Shown piece after piece: positions 37,511-50,420 of a stretch of DNA of 64,000 nt. The translations under genes and the position numbers were made by a program. Source of the stretch: Podarcis cretensis (Eukaryota); assembly GCA_951804945.1 (NCBI GenBank), contig OX638151.1, positions 66,464,001 through 66,528,000 of the forward strand, in the 5' to 3' direction. Below the pieces are notes generated by a model that saw only the letters and a list, made by a program, of their open reading frames with translations, searched no databases and was not told the DNA's origin. The number at the start of each line of letters is the position of its first letter. Position 1 is the first letter of the stretch.

Positions 37511-39994
37511 TTATTACTTACTGTAGCCTCTTAGATTAAGATTAGAGCTTAATCTACCCAATTAAATCAGGAATGGAGAATCTGTGGTCCTCCAGATGTG
37601 TTGAATTCTTATCAGGCCCAGCCAGGATGGCCAATGGTTAAGGATGAAGGGAGTTGGAGTACAACAGCACCTTCACAGTTTCCTATCCCATTCCTGAGCT
37701 AAGCATGTACAGTGTTTTGAATATATTGAAGTTCAACAAGTGGTGGTTAATTTTATCATTTTACATTTTTGCTTTTTGGATAATAAAGTTATTACAAAAT
37801 ATGTTTTGCAACTCTTGATCTTACTTCTGCAGTAAGTGAAGGTTTTGCTTGCTTTTATTCTTGCTATAATATACCATTTGGATATATCACCTGTCATTTA
37901 CATTGAACAACTGACAAGTCTGTTCTACCTACTTATGGATTGGCTACATGGCTGCAAAGGAAAGTGAAATGGAAAATTCATTTTAGGTCTTGTTTCAAGC
38001 TGGAAAACTATGACAAACTAGCATAAACTGTAGCATGGCTTAAACTGAAACCACCAGCTTCTGGTTGGAAATCTGGCTCAACTTGTTTGCATTCCCAACA
38101 TATTATTGAACTATATGTTTTAAAAAGAACTGGAAAATGAAATATTGCATTAATAAATGCATGTTACCATTATGCCACCTTGTGGGATTGAAGGAAAAGT
38201 GTTCTATATCATATTTATGAATCAATAATGCACATCTACCATCCTCTATTATTATTAAGATTGATCTCAGCTAGAAAATCATCCTTTTAAATTCCTTCTT
38301 CTTTAGACAGACCATTTTAAAGCACACAGCAATAGTTACATAGAGTAGTTCAAAATGACTGATCCATATGTTAAAAGTCATGCACAAAACTAGTCCACCA
38401 GAAAACCACAAATGCACTGCTCTCAAAAATGGTCTCTGCTGGACTTTTGGCAATTCTATTCTTCTACTGCAGTCTGTAATGTTCAGAGGATCCCCTCGCT
38501 CTGCGGACATACATTTCATGGGTTCATGGGAGGGCACAGGACAGGAAAGATGTGTCCTTCTACTCTGTCTTAGGACCCAACCCTCTGTCTATAATGTGGT
38601 GATTGTAGTGGACAAGGAGAGATGTTGGCTTGATTTTCCACAGTGGCTTATATAGGACTATCTGATGAAACTAACAAACAGGTGTCAAGCAAAGTTTGAA
38701 ATGCTGACATTCTGACCTATAAGTTCTATCTTTTGAAAGTGGAAAAGAGAAGAGATTGAGTAATGAGAATCGAAGCCTTTCTCCCTTTAGATGACAGGTT
38801 CATATACAAGCAACTGAAAAAGCACAAGTATCAGATAGGTGACAACGGTAAAAATGAAGCGGTGAATTCTTTTTTGCAGTGGTATTCACCTCACAAACAC
38901 AACCTGGCTAAAGTTGCTGTCTGGGTGGAATTTCATCAGAAAAGCCATATTTTTTCTTCTGGAAGGTGATTCCTAATGTTGTCAAAGGCACAGGAACCCT
39001 CATATCTGCTGTGTGAAATTTGCATCTTAGACCAGGTTTCTGATGAGGGTGAACCAAGGGTGAAGGCAGGGATAAAGACCAGGTTTCCCAGTGATATTTT
39101 GAGTATAAAATTAACTTACAAAAATATTAAATATGTACTATATTCCTATGCTTTGCTCTAAAACAATAGTGATGAATGGAATTTATATCTTCAAGTTGCA
39201 GCTCACATTAGTCACCTCCTTGATTTGGTTGTTGTTAGGACTGTATTTGTTTGTTTATTTTTTAAAGTTCCCATGCTTTTCATCAGATATCCATGGATAC
39301 ATTGTGTTGGTTTAATTCAGAAAGCAGAGAACGGCCAAAGAGGAGACAGAAAGCACCCCAAAGGACCGAAAGTTGATCCAGATTTCCATGGAAATTGAGA
39401 AGCTGGTGATAAAAGTTAAATGTTTCCCACAGTAATGAAGCAACAAGTGCTAACTTATGCATGCCTCTGTACTGATCATTCAGCTGAAAACTGGCAGCAG
39501 ACTCACCATTTTGAGTTAAGCAGGAACTATGAACAACTAATAAATCTCACTGAGTGCATGCACAACAGGGCTTCTTTCCTCCTCCTGTGTGTCCTCAGCC
39601 CCCCACCCAAATTGGCTCGGGAGGGGGGATGTTGAGAACCCCCAGAACAGGGCACAGGGGGAATGCTTGCCCTGATGGAATGACTGCCTTAGTGCAATCT
39701 TGAATTCCTCCCACTGGGATGAACAGATTATATTAGAGATTCAGCTTGTTCAGAAACAGCAGGCTTTGTCTTCCTGTTGTATTGCCCAGAAGAGGGATAC
39801 CACTGAGATGCTGAACAAAGTCTCCATATGAAGCCCTACTTGCAAAGTGTTCAGTTAGCGAATCCAAGAAGTCGATTATGCACCATCGCCATAATCACTA
39901 TGCAGTTACGTGCCAGGTAAAAACCTGTGATTTTCTTTTTAAAAAAACCCCAACTCATCTACCCAATCACATCATAGAAACGAAGCACACTTAC

Positions 39995-40190
39995 ATGTGA
40001 AGGTGGGAAAGGGGGCGGCGGAGGAGATGTTGCACTCGCTATCTTTTCCGCAGTATCTGGTTCAGGACGGATCACAACTGTTGCACGGGAGATGTGATCC
40101 TCATCCTCTTTTTCATGCAGTGGGTCTTGATCAGGACACTGGCCAATATCTGCATTTTCGAAGGATAATGGCTGGGCAAAATCCATCGGA
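39995..40190 (-). CDS. LAMA2: LAMA2 exon ~58 (LG3 end, LG3-LG4 linker)
   Basis: 196 nt; acceptor tcttcag, donor gtaagt; PMDFAQPLSFENADIGQCPDQDPLHEKEDEDHISRATVVIRPEPDTAEKIASATSPPPPPFPPSH. Confidence 0.93.
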
Positions 40191-41924
40191 CTGAAGAAAG
40201 ACAATGAAGTCAGTGATGTCAAAAAACAGGAATTCTTCAATTGGAAACTTTCACCATGATTAATAATTTTTAAATGTGCAGTTTGCCTTTTTGGAGGCAG
40301 TCATTGAAGGGATTAGGAACTAATCTGATGAACTTGATGTAATACACAATTTCCCGAGATAATTCTGGATTCTCTTTATAAGGCTTTAATTTCATTTACC
40401 ACCACGGTGAACTGCCGGTGTGTAGTGTTGAAGAAGACTGGGAAAACTAGGTTCAAATCCCTATATAGCTATGAAGCTTCCTCCCTTTTCCTTTGAAAAT
40501 ACACAAAGTTACCCCCCACCTACCCACCCGGATTGGACAGTGCAGTGGGGCTGTGCTGCTTCCCCGACTGCCCTTCAGCTATGTTGCTCCTGGGACACAG
40601 AGGGGAAGATGCAAAGCAGAGGTGAGGTTGGCACGGTGGGGCAGTGCAAATGCACCGGGGAAGCCAAACAGCTGCCCTGGTGTGCCTTCCACTACTGCCC
40701 CTTGCCCCTAGTGAGCATACATTTCCAAGAGTTGATGTATTGTTGGAGCTCCATGTGCAGCCTATAATTCAGGTACATAGCAGGTTCTGCCCACTTTCAA
40801 TGTTGTCGACATTAGTACGTAGAGAAAGTGCCATGTAACACATATATGCTTCAGTGAATTGCTGATCATGCAGTTGAAAATCACCTGGTTCAGCTAATAT
40901 GTAAACCTGGAGCTAAGATGTCATGCTATGTGTGGCCCTTCTGTGGAACTGAATTGGACAGCTGCTAGTGCTTGAGACCTGGCACAACACTGGCGAGGCT
41001 ATTACTCTGTTCAACATGTGCCTCAGCTAGTACATGACATGTGCCGGAAGATATGAAAAAGCATAGACATCAAATAGAGATCTTGTTCCACAAATTATTT
41101 CTGCATATGTTTAATGAGTGTATAATTGTTCATTGCACACTACCCAGATAGCTTTACGTTATGGAGCAGCATACAAATATCATAAAATTTCAGCATCAGC
41201 TAACAGAGTTCTCATATATTCATTTTCAGTTCTTTTAAAATCACCATTAACTTGACTTTTTCCATCTGGTCTGACTAGCAGAACTTTCCTTTCACCAAGC
41301 CATCTGGTGTTTTACCGTGTCAGGAATAACATTAGTTATCATTGTGGTTTGTTTACTTTGTCAAAAATTAACATGGAAATTAAGAGTGTGGCATCTTTCT
41401 GATGCATATCACAAATGGTTGGGTTAGACCAGGCAAATATTGCTCAACTGGCAACCTTATGTCATATTATGGGCAAGCGCATATTGTCAGAATTTAAGAC
41501 CTTGTTATGTAGAATGGTACAGGGGTGGGGAGACTCAGGCTTGTTGGATCTCCTTTCTATTTATTTTTTTACTAGAACCTGGAGATCTACCTATCAGAGG
41601 CACAGTTAAAATTAAAGCACAGGGTGCCTCTGAGCAGATTCTGACCATAGAAATTTGTTTTCCATACCAGAGTCCTTTCACACAAAAAGCCACTCCTGGT
41701 TAGCTTTATTTATTTCAGCAGCCTAACATAGGTGGGAAAAGTATTGTTATTTTGGCTATTGTTAAATGATTGGGATGTACTGCAAAGACCTACTGAGAGA
41801 CCTACTAGTAGATCCCTATCTATCATATGCCTGCCAGTGGAATAACATCAGTTGGTTTCTATAAGCAACATAGCTTTATATCAATAGGTTGCTTTATATA
41901 ACCTGACAAAAAATAGATACTCAC

Positions 41925-42101
41925 ACAGCATTGATGACAAGGTTCCATATGCAGCCATCAAACGCAGGTATGTTCCTAATAGGAGCAATGTGGAATTCAG
42001 GTGGTGTCCCTCCCACAAAAAGCTTCTTAACGGAAACAGGTTGATCTGACGGGAGTCTTTGAGACTGGCTTCTGTCCTCATCTACTTGGATCACAAACAG
42101 C
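41925..42101 (-). CDS. LAMA2: LAMA2 exon ~57 (LG3)
   Basis: 177 nt; acceptor tttgcag, donor gtgagt; (G)LFVIQVDEDRSQSQRLPSDQPVSVKKLFVGGTPPEFHIAPIRNIPAFDGCIWNLVINA(V). Confidence 0.95.
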
Positions 42102-43810
42102 CTGCAAAATCAATGAAAATGACTTAATACACAAATACCCTGAGCCAAACTGATGCTCCTGCTGCTGTGCCTGCACCATAACACTGACGGATGCAGATTT
42201 TGCTTTGTTTAAAGAGCTACAGGATGAGAGTCCAAACTGCTCTGGCTGAATAAAACCTCCAAACCAATAGAATATCAGTGAAATTAGTATGTGGATGAAC
42301 TGAAAAGAAGAGCCTACAGACCGACAGCATTACTACTGATAGAAACAATCAAGGCTACTTTTAGTGCTAAAGTATAATTTCCCACGGCCCACCAGGATAA
42401 AAAAATGAAAGGGGTCACATTTTGTTTGGTTCTTTATTTTCCTGGTTTTTTCCACTAGTTATTATACTCTTGCTGAAGAACAGTGAAGCCTCCTGAGTAT
42501 GGTGACTGCTGGAATCCATGAAAGATGTATATTATATATTTTCAAAAGCCAAGTACACCTGTAGTGGCAATATAGCAACTAGCTTTAGCACCAGGGGGTC
42601 CTTTTGTACAAAGGGCCTATCCAGAATTATGGACTAATAATAATAATAATGATTCCCCTCTAAAGAAACATAATTTCTACTTTGGTCTTTGTGATGTCGT
42701 CTTAATTGCTGTGATTTCCACCGAAAGCTACACTCACACATGGCAATTTCCCCACCCCTTCCTTCCGACCGCAGCCTCTGTTTTCTCTGAAAAGTCTCAA
42801 ATTTGAGGAAAGGCCCAAGTATATGTGTGTCTGGGAGAGGCCTGACCGAAGACGGGACACCGTGTGGCTTGAGCACAGCGTGGCTTGGATGCAACCCGGT
42901 GTTGCAAATGTCATGCACTGCAGCCCTATACAGGTTTACTTGGAAGAAAGCCCTAATGAGTCCAATGGGACTTTATCCATAAGATGGCAGACAGTGTATT
43001 ATTATTATTGCATGGATAGCTTTATAAGCATCCTGAAAGCAATATGTGTGAAAGTGGGTGGGCATGTCCGAGAGCCCAACAGCAGCTCATTCACCTCAGC
43101 TTAATGATAATATTGGGTATTCCAAAATGTAATATTTGTGCTGAAGTGTACAACCAAAGATGAAAATGTATACTGGGGCCAGATGTGAGGCTACCTGAGG
43201 ACTGAAAGGAGTTGCTCAGTGCATTTGTGCAAAAACTTGCAGAAACCATTTTGGGTTTTCTTACATTCTGTCGAAGGTTTTGCAGCTGGGCTAAATGATC
43301 CTGAGTCCCCCCCCCCCCAGCTTCAGGTGTCTGTGCCAGCGAATGGAATAGCAATAACTCCAAATTAGATGTTCTCAATTTTTGGATACTTTCTTCCCAG
43401 TAAAGCTGGACATTCTTAGGCTTGCTTGATTCTCCTGTAGCTGATAATACCTGTTCCTGGTTAAATCCCTAATAATTTACGAAGCCCTCTTCTATTGTTC
43501 AAGATAAAATGTTTATGCACTCTGATGCGGAAGACCAGCACATGATGATATGCCTTAGTCCTCAATGCTGTCCTATAATTATCCTGGAATGGGAAGCAAT
43601 TAGTTTATAATCATATGGGTAATTAGCTTTCTGAAGAGTTTTCAAAAATGTCCTCTGCTTTTAATAAAATAAAGCTTGGGTAATGATTAGCAGATGAAGA
43701 GCTTTGTTCATTTCTACTCCAGCCCAGTTTATGGGAAAATGAAGTCTGTTGTGTATGTGTTTTGGACAGTTACGAAAATCACAAGCATGAGCCTATTTCT
43801 GTATTTCTGT

Positions 43811-43824
43811 CCAGTAGAGGGTGC
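43811..43824 (+). promoter_or_regulatory. Candidate CTCF-binding motif
   Basis: ccagtagagggtgc resembles the CTCF core CCASYAGRKGGCRS. Confidence 0.35.
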
Positions 43825-45193
43825 TGTAAAAGCAGTGATGAGCTGGCATTAGCAGTCCTTACAGGGTAGCAAATAACATAATCCTGTGTATTATGTACAG
43901 CATTATTATTTGGTTTGTTAAGTGAAAGGATTTCCTTTGCATTCTGCTAGATATTGTAGTATTATCAATACTTGTCAGCTTGCATTTTGTCATTTATGGT
44001 GACATTTAAAGAAAATTAAAAACCTGACTTTAGGAATTTGAAGTTTAAACAAGTACCAAGGAGGCTGACAAAACATGTTTTTGCTTGGGAATAAGGTCAT
44101 GGGTTAGAGAACGAGGAAGATTCTGAGGAAATGGAATGAATGGATTTACTTGTGAAGATATTTATTAGAGCTGCAGGGCCTCCAACAGAAAGTGCGCTTT
44201 GACATAATAAGGGATAAAAACTAATAACCAAAGTAATCCTTTCTGGCCTCCAAGCCAGCATAGCCCATGGTGGCTCCAGAAGCATTGTAGGGTGGGTGGA
44301 TGAGTGATTTATGCTATGTTATCAGTATTATCTTATGTTACATTATTTATATATGTTGTTATTTTATGTTTTCAGTGGATGCACATTAGGGCTGCACCAA
44401 ATACTTGCAGGCATAAGTACCTGGATTGATAGTGCTATTTTGGAGGGCATGTGTGTTGATGTGTTTAAAAAGCCCCTTCCCCCACCTCAGACAGATCTTT
44501 TTCATTTTTGTTCCTTGCCATCTGCAGGACTGCCCCTAAATGTTGATTATTACATTTGTATCCTATTCCATGACTTCTAGACATGATTTATCCCTAACAT
44601 CTAAGACAATGTTCAAACACTGCACCTGCACCACGGCATCTAGCAGCATGTGCTAGTGTGAACCAATGACGTTGCTATGTTGCTGCGAGCCACCAACACT
44701 TTAGCTCTTCCTTTTCCTTATTCCCTCTCTCCTCCCGATTGCCCTGACTCTTAAAGATATAGGGCCCTTTTCCAGTTCAGAAGGCATCAATCCCCAACCT
44801 TCCCATAGTTTCATGTGAGAAACTTATAAAGAAGTTTCAGGTGTTGTGAATTCGGCGTGGGCGTCGTTAGGTCTTGATGTTGCTATTCCTTCTCATTGGA
44901 AGCTGTTCCTTAATATTAGTTCAAGATCCAATTCCTCAGCCACACAAATTAGATTAATAAAGTGTATTTGCAAAAAGTATCAAAGGTTAACATAGCAATT
45001 TAGATTAATGAAAATCTTAAGCGGCAATGCCTACACTAAAGCGTGACCTATGCCATAATGAAATCATCACTGTCAGAAGATGACTTTTAAATGAAAGCTG
45101 CACAGAGATTTCATTCTCCTCTCCTCATAGTTTCAGTTACTGGGCTAGAACAAATGTTCAGGGTTACAGTACCCCTGTATTCTGAGTTATTAC

Positions 45194-45342
45194 CCTCCAA
45201 GTCTTTCTATTCGGATGCTGTGTTCTCTGCCATCATGAAACTCGCCAGATGCAGGTTTGATGGTGATCCTGCGAGGGTCCCTTATCCCGGTAGAGACGTG
45301 CACTTCTAGTCGACCACTGTTCAGGAACACAGCATAATAGGC
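45194..45342 (-). CDS. LAMA2: LAMA2 exon ~56 (LG3)
   Basis: 149 nt; acceptor attgcag, donor gtaata; AYYAVFLNSGRLEVHVSTGIRDPRRITIKPASGEFHDGREHSIRIERLG(G). Confidence 0.95.
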
Positions 45343-45397
45343 CTGCAATAGGAACCAGCATTTTAAAGGAAGCCCTTAACGCCTTTGTGTATTTACA

Positions 45398-45463
45398 AGA
45401 ACAACGTGCCACACCCTCCCTGTATGGCAGAACAACGTGCCACACCCTCCCTGTATGGCAGAA
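45398..45463. repeat. Perfect 31-bp tandem duplication
   Basis: agaacaacgtgccacaccctccctgtatggc x2 (45398-45428, 45429-45459) plus agaa. Confidence 0.95.
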
Positions 45464-45582
45464 AAGAACACTTTCATCCTTTCAGCTTCCATTTATTTTA
45501 TTACGGATGAACCATAAACATGTCAAATCTTAGCCATGACTGACAGCGGCCTGAAATTATCACAGATTTCTAAAATGTAGTA

Positions 45583-45810
45583 CAGTGGTACCTCGGTTCT
45601 CGAACGTAATCAGTTCCAGAAGACTGTTTGAGTTCCAAAATGTTCGAAAACCAAGGTGCAAAGGGCTGTCCGCAAATTCAGTTGAGAAAACTGAAAAACA
45701 TGCAGCGGAAACCATTCGACTTCCAAGGCATGCTTGAGAATGGAAGCATTTCACTGTTTGGGTTCCAAAATGTTTGTCAACAGAGTCGTTCAAGAACTGA
45801 GGTACCACTG
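45583..45810. mobile_element. Tc1/mariner (pogo/Tigger-like) MITE
   Basis: TIRs cagtggtacctcggttctcgaac and gttcaagaactgaggtaccactg, with TA TSD on both sides. Confidence 0.88.
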
Positions 45811-46173
45811 TACAGTGAGATGATGGTTGCTGCACTCTAAAACAGCTGGAGGACTACCCTTGCACTGCCTGATCAGTGGCAAGTGATTGTTAAGTAAATG
45901 GGAAAACAGTTTTCACAGAAACCGTGAAATGAACCAAAACATTGTCCTGTAGGTATTGTATAGTACATTAAGTGTTTCCTGCTATGTCTCTATTTAGTTC
46001 ACAGGGGCGGAAACCATAGAACAGCAGCATTATGGACATATCAAGAGGAATAACGATACATCTGTGGTAGGGTACATGACCCATGGTCTAGGTCATGGGT
46101 CACCTGTAGGTGCCATGGCACCCATGAAGGCTTACAGTGGTGGTCCTGGGTAGGTCCTAGAAATAATTTTATA

Positions 46174-46487
46174 GGGCGCTGTGGTCTAAACCACAGAGCC
46201 TAGGGCTTGCCAATCAGAAGGTCGGCAGTTCGAATCCCCGCGACGGGGTGAGCTCCTGTTGCTCAGTCCCAGCTCCTGCCAACCTAGCAGTTCAAAAGCA
46301 CGTCAAAGTGCAAGTAGATTAATAGGTACCACTCCAGTGGGAAGGTAAACGGCATTTCCATGTGCTGCTCTGGTCTGCATGACCCAGAAGCTGTACGCCG
46401 GCTCCCTTGGCCAGTAAAGCGAGATGAGCACCGCAACACGAGAGTCGTCCGTGACTGGACCTAATTGTCAGGGGTCCCTTTACCTTT
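46174..46487 (+). mobile_element. Sauria/Squam1-type SINE, slightly 5'-truncated with an internal deletion
   Basis: Begins gggcgctgtggtctaaaccacagagcc, has B-box gttcgaatcc and ends ccctttaccttt. Confidence 0.85.
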
Positions 46488-46995
46488 AAACTCTGCAGGT
46501 ACCTAATAAGTGATGTCTGAAATGAGAATGGCGTGGGCGGAATTTACCTAACCAGCAGAAACCCTGTGCAGGGTCTTCCACTTGCCCGACAGTTTTCATT
46601 TTTCTGCAAACCCTCAAAATTGGCTCAGGGTGGAGGTGATTATCGCTCATAATTTTGTGTTATGCCACACATTCCTCCATGACAGCTATTTTGTAATTGT
46701 CTCCTCCAACACTCTCTCAGCTTTCAAAATGTGCCCACTAGTCCAAAATGTTTGGGAGCCTCTTGTCTAGGTGTACCAAATGGACCAAATGTCTGATATG
46801 TCAGCTTAATGAGATCCCTTCCCCTTCAAACTTTGATAGGAACAACTTTCAAGGAAACGTTCTGAATCTCCAACTTATTTCCCTTCCCACACAACATAAA
46901 GACAAAATAGTCCCTGCAGTGCAGGAGCTGAACAATATCTTTGGCCAATGAAGATGCGGCAAACAAGCAACCCAGTTTCTGGTATCATCCTGTAC

Positions 46996-47172
46996 CTGCC
47001 CAGTCTGCCTGCGCTTTCTCCGTGGGGGTACAGGCGCCCCACTAGTACCAAAGAGTATGATGCCAGATTCATTTCTGGTGCTGAAGGACAAGTGGATTTC
47101 TGTTCCCACATTGAGCGAGACTGGTGGCAGCTCCACAAAGCCCGGTTTTGGGAAGCTGACTGTGTAGATATT
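46996..47172 (-). CDS. LAMA2: LAMA2 exon ~55 (LG3 start, furin loop)
   Basis: 177 nt; acceptor tctgcag, donor gtacag; NIYTVSFPKPGFVELPPVSLNVGTEIHLSFSTRNESGIILFGTSGAPVPPRRKRRQTGQ. Confidence 0.96.
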
Positions 47173-48649
47173 CTGCAGAAAAGAAGGGACTGGATGAGTT
47201 TGACCCAGAACAGGAAAACTTTCTTGCAATAATAAACAGCTCAGCAGTTTACATTCAAAGTGCTGTGCAAACATTTGTCCATCTGTTAAATCACCCAATA
47301 TCAGAAAACATTTGGAAAAGTAGATTCAGCTAAAAAGAGCTGCACAGTCCAGTCTTGTTCCAGCATTATTATTTTGAGGCTTTGTACACAACACAGACTA
47401 TTCTGAGATCTGCAAGTACTCCTAACCAAATACATTTCCTAATATTCTTTTTCTTTGGGAGGGAGGTTGGTTTTTAAGTATGATGTGTGTGCATCCTGAG
47501 TCATGGAAGTCAGTTTGACAGGGAGCCAAAATTTTGGGGTCACATGGTGATGAAGCTAGTCATGGCTAGGGTCGACAAGTTGCAAGTCAGAGAGCACAGT
47601 ACCTTCAAAACCCCCAGTGCAGAGAGATGTGTGGGTTCTGCAGCCTCTTCCCCACTTCCTCATCTTACCACTTGCCCTCTTTCCCAACTGGCTGCTGTGA
47701 GTATGATTCCAAAGGGCCACATGTGCTGGACCGAGGAAAGAACAAGGAGAAAAACCCCCAAGGCTGCCTTCAGGGAGGATTTCCAAGAGATACCACAGGT
47801 CTCTGGGTTGCAGCCTGTTCACCCCAGTCATGGAAGTTGAACTGCAAACAGCCTCTAGGTCTTGAAACTAAAACAAGTTGTTGTTTTTAATCACAACCAT
47901 TTTCAAGACAGTTCCCTGCTTGTTAAAACACTGGTGGGGACTTGTCAATATGCAGAGAACTTTCTTGGAATTAAGTCACGTGCACAAAACCTTCCTGATG
48001 GTTACTGGTGATGGGAGTTGCCCAGCAGAAGATCTTCCACAATTCCAAAATGTAATATTAATGTATTTATTTACTGAATTATTCACTTGCTGCCTTTTTG
48101 GACACAGCCTAAAAATTATCCATTTTAATTCATTAATATACTTTCCCAGCCCTTCCTTGCCTCACTGGTATGTGACGTACTTTATGGAAGATCCAAATCC
48201 TGACAAGTGAGCCTGAGTTGTGGTGTTAAATCTGAATAGGATTCTGCTTCACACACTTTATGGTTATCTTTACCTGCCTTGTCCCCACAGTGTGGTTGCT
48301 TGCACTTTAAAACGAATCCGCTCATACATTAGGCTCCACTGTTTGTCATTGCCTTCCTATCTGGGCTAAGCACTTCAGCTCGTCTCCTGAATTCAACTCA
48401 TAAATAAGGCATGTACTGCCCATGGCTCTACAGCTCTCACACTGGGAGATATTAAGGTTGAACTGAAGAGGGGCTGTATGTCACAGAATATTGAATCGTA
48501 TTTTTAAAAAACATGAGATTGCTTAAGGACCGCTTGTACATACAGCATTATGATGATATTCAGGATTAATTCTGACCACAGTCTGCTAAGGACTACTTTT
48601 GTACAACTCACTGAAATGAAATGGTCTCATCTTGAAGATCAAAGAATAA

Positions 48650-48940
48650 TAAATTCTAGACTTGGAAGGAACCCCAAGGGCCATCAACTTCAAGCCCCTG
48701 CAATGTAGGAATCACAGCTAAAGAATTCCTAACAGAAGTCTATTTAACCACTGTTTAAAAACCTCCAATTAAGGAGAGTCTGCCACCTTCCGAGATAGTT
48801 TGTTCCATCGCTGAACAGCTGTTACTATCAGAAAGTTCTTCCTAATGTTTACTCTGAATCTCCTTTCTGTAATTTGGTTTGAGTCCTACCCTTTGAAGCA
48901 GCAGAAAACAAGCTTGCTCCATGTTTCAGTGATAGCTGTT
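48650..48940 (-). mobile_element. CR1-like LINE 3' fragment
   Basis: ttggaaggaaccccaagggccatcaacttcaagcccctgcaatg...gaaagttcttcctaatg is the reverse complement of a CR1-type 3' end. Confidence 0.6.
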
Positions 48941-49169
48941 CAGAAAGATGGATAATGAAGAGGGCCACAAGTCAAATAGTGTTAGGCATTATGATAAACA
49001 TGCAGAAGCAATTTTCCATGGGAATTGAATGACATGTTGTAGGTCCTCATTGCAACTCTGTAAGTCCCATACAAATAGGAGTGGTGGGAGGGGGGAGGGG
49101 AAGCAGTCACTTCCTCCAAGCAAGATGGCAGTGGGGCAACTTTGTTAATGGAATTGTATGTCACAGAAT

Positions 49170-49232
49170 GAAGAAGAAGAAGAAGAAGAAGAAGAAGAAG
49201 AAGAAGAAGAAGAAGAAGAGGAGGAGGAGGAG
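49170..49232. repeat. (GAA)16(GAG)5 microsatellite (SINE tail)
   Basis: Read directly; it abuts the SINE at 49233. Confidence 0.95.
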
Positions 49233-49465
49233 TTTGGATTTGATATCCCGCTTTATCACTACCCTAAGGCGTCTAAAAGTGGCTAACAATCTCCTTTCCC
49301 TTCATCCCCTACAACAAACACTCTGTGAGGTGAGTGAGGCTGAGAGACTTCAGAGAGAAGTGTGACTAGCCCAAGGTCACCCAGCAGCTGCATGTGGAGG
49401 AGCGAGGAAGCAAACCCAGTTCCCCAGATTACGAGTCCACCGCTCTTAACCACTGCACCACGCCG
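49233..49465 (-). mobile_element. tRNA-derived SINE (Squam3-like) with (CTT)n tail
   Basis: The - strand begins cggcgtggtgcagtggttaagagc (A-box), contains gggtgaccttgggctagtcac (CORE-like) and ends in a (CTC)(TTC)n tail. Confidence 0.8.
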
Positions 49466-49567
49466 ACTTCCTTCATCCTCAGGAATTTCCTTGCCAGAGC
49501 TGCTTGTTGATAAAATATGGAGCAATCATTTTAAGATCATTGAAGGAAACATGGAAAGCAAACTAAC

Positions 49568-49688
49568 CTCCAGTGTACAGCCTTTGGTAATGCCCACAAA
49601 GTCAGGACTGCTCAGAAGATTGTATGGCGTCCGAGAAATTTCAATATCCTTGATGCAGCCTGAGTATTTCTTTGTGTTTACTTCAGGC
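49568..49688 (-). CDS. LAMA2: LAMA2 exon ~54 (LG2 end)
   Basis: 121 nt; acceptor tttgcag, donor gttagt; (R)PEVNTKKYSGCIKDIEISRTPYNLLSSPDFVGITKGCTLE. Confidence 0.95.
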
Positions 49689-50354
49689 CTGCAAAAATAA
49701 GGTCAAAGCAGGTTTAGTCATGAGTAAAAACAGTCACAAAAGGGCTAAAACAGTTTTCCATATTACTGTTTTAAACATTCTGACCACAATCCAGAGGATG
49801 TTAGTCACGTAGGTCACAAAACCTACAGATTTCAATGGGAATAATAATAATAATAATAATTAATGATAGCACAGTCCAGAATATTAAAATGCTAAACATT
49901 CTACCAGAAGAATAAAGTTATCAATGACTAACTTCCCCTGGATTTCAGCCTTTTACATAAATTCTGCTTCTCGTCATTTACCAAAGATACAGACCTTTTC
50001 CCTACTTCTGCATTTAATGTCACTGTTATCTCTGTGTAAAATGTAGCAGGATGACAAAATAATAGGTTATTCTCCAAGAAGTGTAGAAAGATAAAGGTTA
50101 GGAAACTTTTTGACAGTTTGCCTATTTACATGAAGTATTTTCTTTAGACATGTGGAAGAAGTAACATATGAGCCACGTGCCCAATTATTTAGTTGTGCTC
50201 ACATCACAAAAATGTTAGCAACCTACTGTGAATTCAAAGTTTCTCCTATGTTCAGGAATATAGCAGAGGCGAGGGACTTTTGTCCCAGAAAATGGTGCTG
50301 GAGCACAACTTATTTTCACCAGCACAGTCATGGTTGATGGGATGATTTCTGCTT

Positions 50355-50420
50355 TGCAGAGGGTTGGACTAGATGACCCTTTTGGGTCCCCCCTCCAACT
50401 CTACAATTCTATGATTCTAT
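50355..50420 (+). mobile_element. CR1 3' terminus
   Basis: gggttggactagatgaccct...ccaactctacaattctatgattctat (ATTCTRTG-type terminal repeat). Confidence 0.7.

Noticed and set aside
46849-47298. 149-aa ORF and similar ORFs covering LAMA2 exons as standalone genes
   Set aside because: Only the exon portions between AG and GT are homologous to laminin; the extensions are intronic read-through.
49081-49365. ORF with a poly-Lys/Arg run
   Set aside because: It is the translation of the (GAA)n(GAG)n SINE tail and the antisense SINE body.
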